A stretch of 64,000 nt of DNA from Escherichia phage ELT1, in the sequence record MZ892903.1; one strand, given 5' to 3'. Under the pieces are notes generated by a model. The model saw nothing but the letters and a program-made list of their open reading frames with translations, ran no database searches and was not told the DNA's origin. Shown here piece by piece: positions 1 to 8,685 of this stretch. Numbering within the stretch: position 1 is the first letter of the stretch; each line of letters starts with the position of its first letter. A program made the position numbers and the translations under genes.

Positions 1-1
1 T

Positions 2-127
2 TTAATCTCCGTCACGAACTTCTGCGGCTGTAATGAAATCTTTCTTAGCAATGGTAATTAAAATCGCAGCAGTTTTTTCATTCAGAACATCGTTAGAAGC
101 TTTGATGATGTAAGTTACTTTAGACAT
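2..127 (-). CDS. motA: MotA-like N-terminal fragment, 41 codons, stops 2 nt from window edge
   Basis: ATG 125-127 with GGAG RBS; product MSKVTYIIKASNDVLNEKTAAILITIAKKDFITAAEVR + DGD-stop; N-terminus recalled as T4 MotA, which is ~211 aa. Confidence 0.5.
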   Translation of the reverse strand: MSKVTYIIKASNDVLNEKTAAILITIAKKDFITAAEVRDGD

Positions 128-159
128 TTTAATCTCCGTTTCAGTTCATTTATTTGATA

Positions 160-195
160 GGTCTATAGTATCATGTTTAAAGCAGAAGTAAACAC
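160..195 (-). promoter_or_regulatory. T4-type early promoter
   Basis: revcomp GTTTAC at 188-193, extended -10 (TATAGTATCAT-like) at 164-174; recurrent motif family. Confidence 0.45.
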
Positions 196-232
196 TTTTT
201 TGCACTCTTTTTCAAGAGCTCTAATAAAGTAC

Positions 233-460
233 TTACTTAATGTTCAGATTACGAACTTCGATTTCGTCTTCATGGGCAAAATCAAACTGTTTGAATTCTG
301 TGTCACCTTTAAATTTAAAAATCATTGTGAAGAAAGTCAGAACACCAGGTTTTTCTTCACGAACTCCACAGATATCATATTCAATACCATCTACAACCAG
401 TTTGTTAGCAGTCAGAGCATTTTTAGCTTTAACGATTTCGTTTTCGATTTTAAATTTCAT
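233..460 (-). CDS. hypothetical protein, 75 aa
   Basis: ORF with GGAG RBS, downstream of early promoter at 505-560. Confidence 0.5.
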   Translation of the reverse strand: MKFKIENEIVKAKNALTANKLVVDGIEYDICGVREEKPGVLTFFTMIFKFKGDTEFKQFDFAHEDEIEVRNLNIK

Positions 461-504
461 TTTTTGTATCTCCGGGTCGTTTGTTTCAGTTCATTTATTT
501 GATA

Positions 505-560
505 GTTGTATAGTACCACAGTATGCTTTGGTTGTAAACCGTTTTGTGAAAAAATTTTTG
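505..560 (-). promoter_or_regulatory. T4-type early promoter with A/T-rich upstream element
   Basis: GTTTAC (revcomp) 534-539, -10 GTATAGTACCAC-like 508-519, A/T tract 540-565. Confidence 0.5.
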
Positions 561-565
561 AAATA

Positions 566-592
566 AAAAAGGGGAGCCGAAGCTCCCCAAAA
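566..592 (-). terminator. intrinsic terminator hairpin
   Basis: GGGGAGC-CGAA-GCTCCCC stem-tetraloop flanked by A/T runs, immediately 3' of ORF 594-743. Confidence 0.55.
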
Positions 593-593
593 A

Positions 594-743
594 TTACTGT
601 TCAAACGCGATAACTATCGTGATAACACGCTGAATACCAAAAGCAAGAAGACCTCCTGCTACGGCTGGAACAACACCTACCCCCGCTAGTAAAATGCCGC
701 CAGATACTAATGCTGCGCTTGTAATACCTACGAATGGACTCAT
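594..743 (-). CDS. small hydrophobic protein, 49 aa
   Basis: ATG overlaps gene 52 stop (ATGA); product MSPFVGITSAALVSGGILLAGVGVV... predicted membrane peptide. Confidence 0.4.
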   Translation of the reverse strand: MSPFVGITSAALVSGGILLAGVGVVPAVAGGLLAFGIQRVITIVIAFEQ

Positions 744-2068
744 TTGATTTCCTCTAAATCTTTGGTGTATTCTGTAACTACATCAGTAGTTTTCCAATAT
801 TCGTTTTCTTCTTTTTTGGCTTTAGCTTCTTCAGCAAGTTTCTTTGCTTCGTCGGAAGTCATATGAAAAATGTTCATTCCAACTAGTTTATCAACATAAG
901 AAGAATACATATCAATTTTAGAAAGTTCTTCGGTCAGTTCTTTGCGAGTTTTACCTTGTACAACAATTTCACCTGAAATTACTTTCTTAATGAAATGTGC
1001 CTTGGCAAAAGCTAAACGAAATGCTGATTCAGTTTCTTTGATTTTGTTATCAATTCGTTTTTGGACATAAGTTTTACGAACTTCAACGAAGTCTTTGATT
1101 AAATCAACTACGTTATCGTAAACTTGCAGCTTTCCTTTCTCATTAATAACGGTAATATTTTGGGAACGACGCTCAATCAACCCGAAGTCTTTCATGATTT
1201 TTGCATGGCGTTCTTCTTCATTATCGCTCAAAGAGTATTCTTTGCGGAATTTAATTTTAAAGCCAAAACCATGCTCACCGCAAGCATCATCCCATGTAAT
1301 GAAGCCTTTATCTTCAAGCGGGTCTAAGATTTTACTCACATAAGTTTCACGATCATACTTATATGGAATCTCAGTGATATGCATTTGAGTTCGTGAAGTA
1401 AACTTATATGTTCCACGAATTTCATATTGCCCATCAATTTCAACGACTTCACCACGAAATTCTGGGAATTCTACCTTCGGTTTAGTTACTTTCTTTCCTT
1501 GAAGAGCTTGTAGTACAGCTTTCTTGACAGAAGAAACACTATGAGGAAGAATGTAAGTTGCATAACCAGTTGCAATACCGGAAACACCATTAAGAAGAAC
1601 AGTAGGAATAATAGGCAAATAGAAAGCAGGAGGAATGTGTTCTTTATCTTGATGTACCGGAGCATATTCAGTATCTTTATATACGTTATAGAAATTTTTA
1701 CTTACACGAGCAAAAATATAACGACTTGCTGCTGCCTTTTGGACAGTACGAGAACCAAAGTTTCCTTGACCGTCTAACAGAGGAAAGTTATTATTCCAAG
1801 TATTAGCCATCAAAGCCCCCGCGTCTTGCGCAGAGTTTTCACCATGATGATATCCAAGGTCAGCTACACCACCTGCAATAGAAGCGAGTTTGTGAAACTT
1901 ATCTTTATTTCCTCGCGCCAAATCAAGAGCTCGAGCAATAACAAATCGTTGAACTGGCTTAAATCCATCAATCATATTTGGAATAGCACGATTTTCAACC
2001 GTGTACATAGCATAAGCCAGTGCTTCATTATCAATGATACTTTTTAAATCGCGATTATTCAGTTGCAT
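740..2068 (-). CDS. 52: DNA topoisomerase II medium subunit (GyrA-like), 442 aa
   Basis: 442-aa ORF; sequence and length match recalled T4 gp52. Confidence 0.95.
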   Translation of the reverse strand: MQLNNRDLKSIIDNEALAYAMYTVENRAIPNMIDGFKPVQRFVIARALDLARGNKDKFHKLASIAGGVADLGYHHGENSAQDAGALMANTWNNNFPLLDGQGNFGSRTVQKAAASRYIFARVSKNFYNVYKDTEYAPVHQDKEHIPPAFYLPIIPTVLLNGVSGIATGYATYILPHSVSSVKKAVLQALQGKKVTKPKVEFPEFRGEVVEIDGQYEIRGTYKFTSRTQMHITEIPYKYDRETYVSKILDPLEDKGFITWDDACGEHGFGFKIKFRKEYSLSDNEEERHAKIMKDFGLIERRSQNITVINEKGKLQVYDNVVDLIKDFVEVRKTYVQKRIDNKIKETESAFRLAFAKAHFIKKVISGEIVVQGKTRKELTEELSKIDMYSSYVDKLVGMNIFHMTSDEAKKLAEEAKAKKEENEYWKTTDVVTEYTKDLEEIK

Positions 2069-2072
2069 AAAT

Positions 2073-2213
2073 TTACCATACTAGTGAATGTAGTGCCATA
2101 ATAACATCAGAAATGAAAAGCACGACTTGAATTAATCCGAACATTACTCCATAATATAGTGCTACCAATAAAGCAGCAAGGGCTACCGAGTAGCCCAAGA
2201 TTTTCTTAATCAT
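2073..2213 (-). CDS. small hydrophobic protein, 46 aa
   Basis: ATG overlaps ac stop; product MIKKILGYSVALAALLVALYYGVMFGLIQ... Confidence 0.35.
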   Translation of the reverse strand: MIKKILGYSVALAALLVALYYGVMFGLIQVVLFISDVIMALHSLVW

Positions 2214-2361
2214 TAGATAACAACGCAAATGTTAAATATGCACACATACCCTGGGCTAAAGCTTGTGAAAACACACTGCTAGCATCGATACAGATAGTTA
2301 AAACACATGCTACTATCCAACAAATAAATGAAATAACTCCTAATAATTTTGCGATATTCAT
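2206..2361 (-). CDS. ac: acriflavine-resistance membrane protein, 51 aa
   Basis: product MNIAKLLGVISFICWIVACVLTICIDASSVFSQALAQGMCAYLTFALLSND; position between 52 and stp as in T4. Confidence 0.65.
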   Translation of the reverse strand: MNIAKLLGVISFICWIVACVLTICIDASSVFSQALAQGMCAYLTFALLSND

Positions 2362-2368
2362 ATTTTCC

Positions 2369-2449
2369 TCACTGGCGTCCGAAGACGCCTTTGGTTTTAA
2401 GATTGTTACGATAGAACTGCATCACGTGTTCGTTATGGAAATTGCTCAT
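2369..2449 (-). CDS. stp: Stp peptide (suppressor of pnk; activator of PrrC anticodon nuclease), 26 aa
   Basis: product [26 protein letters not shown] matches recalled T4 Stp; start overlaps ndd stop (TAATG). Confidence 0.8.
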
Positions 2450-2907
2450 TAATATGCCTGCAAAACAAATTTAAAATTATCAGCCAACATACGATTCATT
2501 TCTTCAAGCGTTTGATACTCAGAATGATGATTACGAGTAAACGCTAAAGCTAACTGACCTTTTCCAAATCCCGTCGTCAGAGGTTTCATCTTAGAAGCAG
2601 GTAGATAAAATACCGTGTATGGAACATTGTTATTTGCAATAGTACGCGCAAGCTGAGATCGACGCTGGCGAATATGACTTAAAACCGCGCTGAATCCTTG
2701 CTTAGAACGCTGATTACCTACATAAAATCGTGCAGACACACATGGATTACTAAATGGACGACCATCTAATTTACTCACTAAAAAGTAAAATCCAGGTTTA
2801 GATAAAATATCTTTATGCGGAGTTCCCAAAAACCACTCACCGTTCTTGATTGTACCAATAACAGTTGCGCCTGCATTATTCAGATCAGTAACAGTCATAT
2901 ATTTCAT
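2449..2907 (-). CDS. ndd: Ndd nucleoid disruption protein, ~152 aa
   Basis: ORF 2449-2955 trimmed to [13 protein letters not shown]... start with GAGG RBS; matches recalled T4 Ndd. Confidence 0.85.
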
Positions 2908-2967
2908 ATTAATTTCCTCTAAATTATTTTCTACTCCAAGGCCGCATGAATACACACGGCCATTAAA

Positions 2968-3183
2968 TTACTCGTCGCAGTCGACGCTCAATTCCCAAAA
3001 CTCTTCTACGGTATAAGTTTCAGTATCATTTTCAATACAGAAACGTTCATTACTGTTATTTGCTAAAGTAGCATTAACTGTCGGTTTCTCGTTAGTGCTC
3101 TTAAGAGGTGAAATACGAATTAACTGATCACCGTTATCTAAACAGAAAATTTCACCAACTTTTATATCTTTAAAAATTTTCAT
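2968..3183 (-). CDS. hypothetical protein, 71 aa
   Basis: ORF track; ndd.1-like position. Confidence 0.45.
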   Translation of the reverse strand: MKIFKDIKVGEIFCLDNGDQLIRISPLKSTNEKPTVNATLANNSNERFCIENDTETYTVEEFWELSVDCDE

Positions 3184-3191
3184 AATTCACC

Positions 3192-3302
3192 TCAGGGAGT
3201 ATAAAATCCAAATGCAGTTGTTGACCATCCCATCCAATATAGGAAATTTGCACCAATGTAAAACATAAGAATATAAAACCAAATGTTTAGTAAATTCATC
3301 AT
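3192..3302 (-). CDS. small hydrophobic peptide, 36 aa
   Basis: own translation MMNLLNIWFYILMFYIGANFLYWMGW...; one of a run of tiny membrane ORFs. Confidence 0.3.
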   Translation of the reverse strand: MMNLLNIWFYILMFYIGANFLYWMGWSTTAFGFYTP

Positions 3303-3361
3303 TTTACACCATTCCAAATTGTTTCAACTACGGATTTTAAACCATTTTGATGAATATCAAT

Positions 3362-3496
3362 TCAGACAACTGCCATCAAATAGATTCCAACTACAACTGA
3401 ACCCAAGGCGAAAATCAGCATGAAAATGAATAAAGCCGGAAAAATATTATCGAAAAACCATTCAATAAATGTAAAAGCACTGCGTTTACGCTTCAT
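3362..3496 (-). CDS. small hydrophobic peptide, 44 aa
   Basis: own translation MKRKRSAFTFIEWFFDNIFPALFIFMLIFALGSVVVGIYLMAVV. Confidence 0.3.
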   Translation of the reverse strand: MKRKRSAFTFIEWFFDNIFPALFIFMLIFALGSVVVGIYLMAVV

Positions 3497-3503
3497 ATTT
3501 TCC

Positions 3504-3617
3504 TCACATAAATCCAAAGTAAACGTTTAATACATCAATCATTAAAACGATTGGGAATATACTCAAAACTATTAGTATTATAACTACATTCCATATAGCT
3601 TTAACAATCTTTTTCAT
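3504..3617 (-). CDS. small hydrophobic peptide, 37 aa
   Basis: ORF 3504-3752 trimmed to MKKIVKAIWNVVIILIVLSIF... because upstream part spans a promoter. Confidence 0.3.
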   Translation of the reverse strand: MKKIVKAIWNVVIILIVLSIFPIVLMIDVLNVYFGFM

Positions 3618-3639
3618 TTTCTGTTCCTCCGTAGTTGAT

Positions 3640-3695
3640 AGGGTAATAGTACCACGGAAGAACAGTCTTGTAAACAACTTTTTTAAAAATATTCG
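3640..3695 (-). promoter_or_regulatory. T4-type early promoter
   Basis: GTTTAC (revcomp) 3670-3675, -10 TAATAGTACCAC-like 3644-3655, A/T upstream tract. Confidence 0.45.
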
Positions 3696-3781
3696 TAATA
3701 AATGTGAATACCAACTACTACTGCCGAAACTTGCGCAACCCACCACGCACACGCAATAAGTACAGAATTCAAAATTTTCAT
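3683..3781 (-). CDS. small hydrophobic peptide, 32 aa
   Basis: own translation MKILNSVLIACAWWVAQVSAVVVGIHIYYEYF. Confidence 0.25.
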   Translation of the reverse strand: MKILNSVLIACAWWVAQVSAVVVGIHIYYEYF

Positions 3782-3860
3782 AATAACCTCATCACAAAAG
3801 TAAATGTTAAACAAATTATTGGAATACTAATTAACCAAACAAAACACCACCATAATGAAC

Positions 3861-4124
3861 TCATAGTTCAATCTCAGCGATTTTCATTTCATTACTATTA
3901 ATAGCCTCTTTAAGACTATCTGAAAGAATTACATTCCAGTGGTCATTCATATGACCATTAACTAAGCGTGTAATTTCTTCAGGAGTTGAAAAATAAGGCT
4001 GATCAGACTCCCAATGCGATAATCCTAAGCGAGTATAAATCATACCTTCATCATCGCTAGAATATTCAACTGACACAAACTCATCAGTTATTTTATGTTT
4101 AGCGTAATAAAATTTAAATTTCAT
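3861..4124 (-). CDS. hypothetical protein, 87 aa
   Basis: ORF 3861-4217 trimmed to MKFKFYYAKHK... start with GGAGGAG RBS. Confidence 0.45.
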   Translation of the reverse strand: MKFKFYYAKHKITDEFVSVEYSSDDEGMIYTRLGLSHWESDQPYFSTPEEITRLVNGHMNDHWNVILSDSLKEAINSNEMKIAEIEL

Positions 4125-4144
4125 TTTTACTCCTCCGTAGTTGA

Positions 4145-4200
4145 TAAGGTAATAGTACCACAGTCCTTGTGGTATGTAAACCGTTTTGTGAAATTTTTTT
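4145..4200 (-). promoter_or_regulatory. T4-type early promoter
   Basis: GTTTAC (revcomp) 4176-4181, -10 4150-4161, CCACAGTCCTTGTGG palindrome in spacer. Confidence 0.45.
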
Positions 4201-4756
4201 AAATGGAAAGATACCATCCGTTGTAGTTGCTTTTTCTTACAACCTTACGAAGGTCTTCTCTGTCACCGATGAACTTCGGAGTGTACTGGATGACACCTGG
4301 ATGAATTTCTTTAGTGTTGAATATAATTATACAGTCCGCGACTTGATGATTAAGAATGGGCCCTAGATTTATTCCAGAACCATATGGATACTCTCCGCTG
4401 CATCCTGTTGTTACAGAAATCCAACGCGAGTCAGTTTGATGTGTCTTAACTTCTACACGGAGCCCGCAGTATTTTGGATGTGCTAAAACATCCCATGCAT
4501 ACGTGTACGGATCATCGACATCTTCTTGACCTTTGTTAACATACCCGCTTAGCCAATCTGCTACAAAAAACTCTGCGTACACCGCGATACGGCATCTTTC
4601 AATAACTTCTGCTTTATCCTGGTTCGGGTTTTGTTTTAAAGAGTATCTTGCAGTATCAGCAATTTTGACCTTCATTTCACTAGTCAAGTCACTGTTCGAT
4701 AGGGTAAATGTCGGAATCTGAAATAGTCTCTGTAAACCTGGATTCGTTTTCTGCAT
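4199..4756 (-). CDS. denB: endonuclease IV (DenB), 185 aa
   Basis: 185-aa ORF; sequence and length match recalled T4 DenB. Confidence 0.8.
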   Translation of the reverse strand: MQKTNPGLQRLFQIPTFTLSNSDLTSEMKVKIADTARYSLKQNPNQDKAEVIERCRIAVYAEFFVADWLSGYVNKGQEDVDDPYTYAWDVLAHPKYCGLRVEVKTHQTDSRWISVTTGCSGEYPYGSGINLGPILNHQVADCIIIFNTKEIHPGVIQYTPKFIGDREDLRKVVRKSNYNGWYLSI

Positions 4757-5018
4757 TTAGACTTTCCTTTTTACCACTAAGATAAGCGTTATATACTTTA
4801 AGAGTACCATAATAAATTCGATCATTTTCATCTAAAGAATTATGATCAAGTTCATCGAGATTCTTTTTATCCATGACTATAATATCATTGCAGTAAAGAA
4901 ACCCAAGTTTTTCGTGACCAAACTCAAATTTATTGCAGTACACAATATTAGCGTGATGATTTCCGTGCAGTTTAATCTCTTTTATGTCGGAATCACCGAT
5001 ATTCATACAATAAATCAT
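4689..5018 (-). CDS. hypothetical protein, 109 aa, overlaps denB 5' end
   Basis: ORF track; between rIIB and denB. Confidence 0.4.
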   Translation of the reverse strand: MIYCMNIGDSDIKEIKLHGNHHANIVYCNKFEFGHEKLGFLYCNDIIVMDKKNLDELDHNSLDENDRIYYGTLKVYNAYLSGKKESLNAENESRFTETISDSDIYPIEQ

Positions 5019-5034
5019 AATTTTTCCTTAAAAC

Positions 5035-5055
5035 AAAAGGGCCGAAGCCCTTTAT
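5035..5055 (-). terminator. intrinsic terminator hairpin
   Basis: AAAAGGGCCGAAGCCCTTTATTTT. Confidence 0.5.
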
Positions 5056-5056
5056 T

Positions 5057-5251
5057 TTACTTGAATTGTGCAATTCTTTTCTCTAGACATTCAGCATAAG
5101 ATTTCATTGAGATGAACTGTGAAAGTAGAAGTTCTTGCTCAACTGCACTAACCGTTAGAAACTTTGTGCTTTCTAAAAATTTGCTCAGTGCATTAATTTT
5201 GAGCATTAATTGATCGTATTCTTCTTTTACTCGTGCTTGATAACCTAACAT
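5057..5251 (-). CDS. hypothetical protein, 64 aa
   Basis: ORF track. Confidence 0.4.
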   Translation of the reverse strand: MLGYQARVKEEYDQLMLKINALSKFLESTKFLTVSAVEQELLLSQFISMKSYAECLEKRIAQFK

Positions 5252-5267
5252 AATTTTCCTTAATGTG

Positions 5268-5288
5268 ATAAGGGCCGAAGCCCTTATT
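5268..5288 (-). terminator. terminator-like hairpin 3' of rIIB
   Basis: GGGCCGAAGCCC stem-tetraloop followed by T-run on minus strand. Confidence 0.45.
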
Positions 5289-6222
5289 TAAATTGTTCAG
5301 TAACGTCTTCAACTACTTCGTATTGGCAGGTACGCATTTTAGCATCGTTGTAATCAATCGGAATTGATACTACATCACGCGGATGTACTTTAACTTTTAC
5401 AACTCGGCTGGTTGAACTGCCAAAGTGACGAATATAAGATTTAGAACACACATGCAGACCACGAGAACAAGTTTGTGTATCATCGTCATTCACACGAGTA
5501 CGTGGCATTTTAACTACTTTACCAGGACTGTTATCAAATGTGTTTGAGTGACAGTCAAAGTAATTGCTGCGAACTACTTTCCAAGCATAGAAGTAACCAT
5601 CTTCTGTAATTTCAATATCGTTTGCTACCAAGAAATCAAAGAGTCGAGATACCGCTTTTTGGCTTGGGTTTTCCAGCAGATTTTCCAAGAACGGAAAATA
5701 AAATTCAAAGTTTTCGCCTTTTTCCATCGAATCAAGAATACGATCAACTAAACCAGACCGCAATTCAATATTTTGATAGAACAAGCTTCCACCTTCAATT
5801 CGAACATCACCGGAAATATATTTTTCAACAGCGCGACGAACGTTAATTTTTTGCGCAGCTTCTTCCAGCTTATCCGCTACAAGCAGATTAAGAATTTCCT
5901 GGAAGTTTGAATGAGTATTAGGAGTTGCGTTATAAGTTACACCGTCAACAGTAATTGAAATGAATTTTTTAGATGCATTCCAAATAATGTCAGATTTAGC
6001 AACTGGAGCAATAACTGCATCGCTATTAACTTTAACTGTAATATCACCGCTAATAGTAACTTTAGGGCGTTTAGCTTCTTCAGCATTTTTCAAAACACGA
6101 CGGATTGTGTCAACCGATACATCCTTCCAATAAGCCAATTCCTGTTGGGTGTAATTACCACTTGAATACAGTTTAACAATTTCAGCTTGTTCGTTTTTGG
6201 TCAGGCATTTAATATTGTACAT
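5284..6222 (-). CDS. rIIB: rIIB rapid-lysis/membrane-associated protein, 312 aa
   Basis: 312-aa ORF; matches recalled T4 rIIB; adjacent to rIIA. Confidence 0.9.
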   Translation of the reverse strand: MYNIKCLTKNEQAEIVKLYSSGNYTQQELAYWKDVSVDTIRRVLKNAEEAKRPKVTISGDITVKVNSDAVIAPVAKSDIIWNASKKFISITVDGVTYNATPNTHSNFQEILNLLVADKLEEAAQKINVRRAVEKYISGDVRIEGGSLFYQNIELRSGLVDRILDSMEKGENFEFYFPFLENLLENPSQKAVSRLFDFLVANDIEITEDGYFYAWKVVRSNYFDCHSNTFDNSPGKVVKMPRTRVNDDDTQTCSRGLHVCSKSYIRHFGSSTSRVVKVKVHPRDVVSIPIDYNDAKMRTCQYEVVEDVTEQFK

Positions 6223-6233
6223 AATTTTCCTTA

Positions 6234-8411
6234 TTAGGCCGCAAGGGCCTTCATAGTTTTAGCGATTTGGGAAACTTCATCATCACTTAAAGAGTTGCGA
6301 TAACCGATGAAGTCAGAAACAATACGGAATTTCTTGGTAAACTCAGCAACCATTTTATCACTGTTTTTTGAAGCATTACGTGATAATTCATCAAAGAGAT
6401 TAGTTACTGTCCAGATGTCATGACCGATAGTATCTTTTCCACCATTAAAATATACACCCTGTAATGAACTAACCATATTAGCGAGTCGTGTATATTCTTC
6501 AGAAACTTCATCTACACTGAAGTACTTCATCATAAAATCTAGCTCAGGATACTTGATAATTTTATCAATATATCGTTTAGCTGAACTTGAATAACCTACA
6601 TACTTATCATAATCTACATCATCAAAAGCATCTACATATAAATCACGCAAAGCTTCAAAAATACATTGGCACTGACCGAGTTCTTTTACCTTTTTCTGTA
6701 AAAGCGGACGAATAACATAAAATTCATTAATGCCAATAAGATTAGCCATACGAATCAAAATATTCATAGATGGATGACAAAGAGATGTAGTACCATCCAT
6801 AGAGAAAATATCAGAACGATGCATATACGCTACATAACCAGTAATTTCATCTGCTTCTGACGTAAGTGTAAACAGTTCCTCTTTTTCCCAGCGCCCATCT
6901 TTAATTTCAAACTTAAATGCTGTAGCAGCTTTAGGACGAGGAGCTTTACTTTTTACTGCCTTTGGAATATAACTTTTAACTAAAGCTTCAATTTCTGACA
7001 AATAATGAATGTTAACTTCATCATTTTCAAACATTGCCATAATATCAGGGAGTAAATCAATCTGTGATTCTACTTCCGGATTAATAAACAGAAGACGTTC
7101 GTTATGATGAATATTCAGAGTGTTATTAAATTCACTATCATCTAATGCACGTGCTAATCCACGGACAATATTAACACGATTTTTAATATTATCAATAACG
7201 ATATTAATTTTTGTTGTATTAATACCAAACAGACGATAACTTGACGCAACGGCTGATGTTTCATGACTTTGCTTAATGCGCTTCAGTCGAGGGTCAAGAT
7301 TTACTTCATACACAACTCCTGCATTACATAACTTACTGTCAGGTTCAAACATGCTCTGCATCTTTTTATATGACAGATTTTTAGTCGTGAATTTGACCGA
7401 ATTACTAATCATATAATCTCGAGCAGAATATCCCATCTTCATTAATTCGCGATATGTGTGACGAGGAGATGTAGATTCTTTAAATCGTTTTACATCTTCA
7501 TTAAATGCTTTCTCACTAAGCTCTTTAACTCGTTCAATAATATTTTTACGAGTGCGATCATCTAATGAAAGAGCTTCACGTGATGGAGCAATATCAAGTG
7601 AACCCATTGGAAATTTAATGTAATTCACTTCATTACGAATGCTTAGCCAGTTACGGTCTCTAATAACACCATCGATAGGATAAACAATACCACCATAGAT
7701 AGCATATAATCCACCACGATCTGGCCAGTATCTTTCTGGATTTACGCCGTAATAGTCATCAAAATCCGGAAAATAATCAATTTCGCGGTCAAGACCATTA
7801 ATGATAGCCAAATCTTTGAATGGTCGCATGATATAAGAAACTTCATAAGCAAAGTTTCTAAAGTCTTTTTCTTCAACTGGAACTACGATTTCAATACCAG
7901 TTTTATCATCTGGACCCATTTCTTTTACGAATGTAGGTTTAATCTGTGGTCCATCACCATCCATGTAAGCTACATAACCACGAATTTCACCTTTATGATA
8001 CGAAGTAATACTAAACGTATCAGTATAACTAAACGGAGATTTAGAACCTAAACCAAATCCGCCAATGAAATCGTTAGATTCAGCCTTAGATGAACTGAAG
8101 TATGAATTATACAGCCCAGGAGAATTATCATCACCCTGAATATCAAAATCACTCATACCCGGACCAAAATCTCGACAAACAAATCGTGGATCTAAACGTC
8201 CAGGAACTTGAATGATAAATTTTTCAGGATTTCCATTGAGAGCATGGGCATCAATCATGTTAGTAATCAATTCACGGACTACTGCGCGAATCTTGTTTGT
8301 ATACAAATCAGATGACAGAATTTTAAATACTTTAGGAGATGCTGTGATGCTAAATGCTTTTGATTTAGAACCATTACCAAGAATTGTTTCTTTTTCAGTG
8401 GTGATAATCAT
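6234..8411 (-). CDS. rIIA: rIIA protein, 725 aa
   Basis: 725-aa ORF; matches recalled T4 rIIA. Confidence 0.95.
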   Translation of the reverse strand: MIITTEKETILGNGSKSKAFSITASPKVFKILSSDLYTNKIRAVVRELITNMIDAHALNGNPEKFIIQVPGRLDPRFVCRDFGPGMSDFDIQGDDNSPGLYNSYFSSSKAESNDFIGGFGLGSKSPFSYTDTFSITSYHKGEIRGYVAYMDGDGPQIKPTFVKEMGPDDKTGIEIVVPVEEKDFRNFAYEVSYIMRPFKDLAIINGLDREIDYFPDFDDYYGVNPERYWPDRGGLYAIYGGIVYPIDGVIRDRNWLSIRNEVNYIKFPMGSLDIAPSREALSLDDRTRKNIIERVKELSEKAFNEDVKRFKESTSPRHTYRELMKMGYSARDYMISNSVKFTTKNLSYKKMQSMFEPDSKLCNAGVVYEVNLDPRLKRIKQSHETSAVASSYRLFGINTTKINIVIDNIKNRVNIVRGLARALDDSEFNNTLNIHHNERLLFINPEVESQIDLLPDIMAMFENDEVNIHYLSEIEALVKSYIPKAVKSKAPRPKAATAFKFEIKDGRWEKEELFTLTSEADEITGYVAYMHRSDIFSMDGTTSLCHPSMNILIRMANLIGINEFYVIRPLLQKKVKELGQCQCIFEALRDLYVDAFDDVDYDKYVGYSSSAKRYIDKIIKYPELDFMMKYFSVDEVSEEYTRLANMVSSLQGVYFNGGKDTIGHDIWTVTNLFDELSRNASKNSDKMVAEFTKKFRIVSDFIGYRNSLSDDEVSQIAKTMKALAA

Positions 8412-8421
8412 AATTTCCTCA

Positions 8422-8625
8422 TTAATTCATATTACGCTTAATAACTTCAGCAACTTCTAGTAGTTCATCTTTAGTTGCGGTGTCGGATTGAATTTTATCT
8501 CTAATATCCTTAAAGCGGTTTTTAAACTCTTCGGCTTCTCCCATATCGAAAAAGCGTTGAATGATTCTATATTCTCGATGAACTGCTTTATCAAAAAGTT
8601 CTAAATTTACTTTATATGATTTCAT
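8422..8625 (-). CDS. hypothetical protein, 67 aa (rIIA.1 position)
   Basis: ORF track. Confidence 0.45.
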   Translation of the reverse strand: MKSYKVNLELFDKAVHREYRIIQRFFDMGEAEEFKNRFKDIRDKIQSDTATKDELLEVAEVIKRNMN

Positions 8626-8647
8626 TTCAATATCCTCATTTGCCCAA

Positions 8648-8685
8648 TTAATTATACCACATCCTTGTGGTAAAGTAAACTACTG
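8648..8685 (-). promoter_or_regulatory. T4-type early promoter inside 3' end of gene 60
   Basis: GTTTAC (revcomp) 8675-8680, -10 TTATACCAC 8652-8660, CCACATCCTTGTGG palindrome. Confidence 0.45.

Noticed and set aside
173-566. Plus-strand ORFs 173-502 and 240-566 (108-109 aa)
   Set aside because: Antisense to a minus-strand gene, promoter and terminator; products are Phe/Ile-rich low complexity typical of AT-rich antisense frames; no RBS.
2375-2391. Stem-tetraloop GGCGTC-TTCG-GACGCC
   Set aside because: Lies within the stp coding sequence and is not followed by a U-run; at most an mRNA stability element.
8212-8460. Plus-strand ORF 8212-8460 and similar plus-strand ORFs inside 39, 43, 46, dda and a-gt
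   Set aside because: All are antisense to long, well-supported minus-strand genes and lack RBS and promoters.
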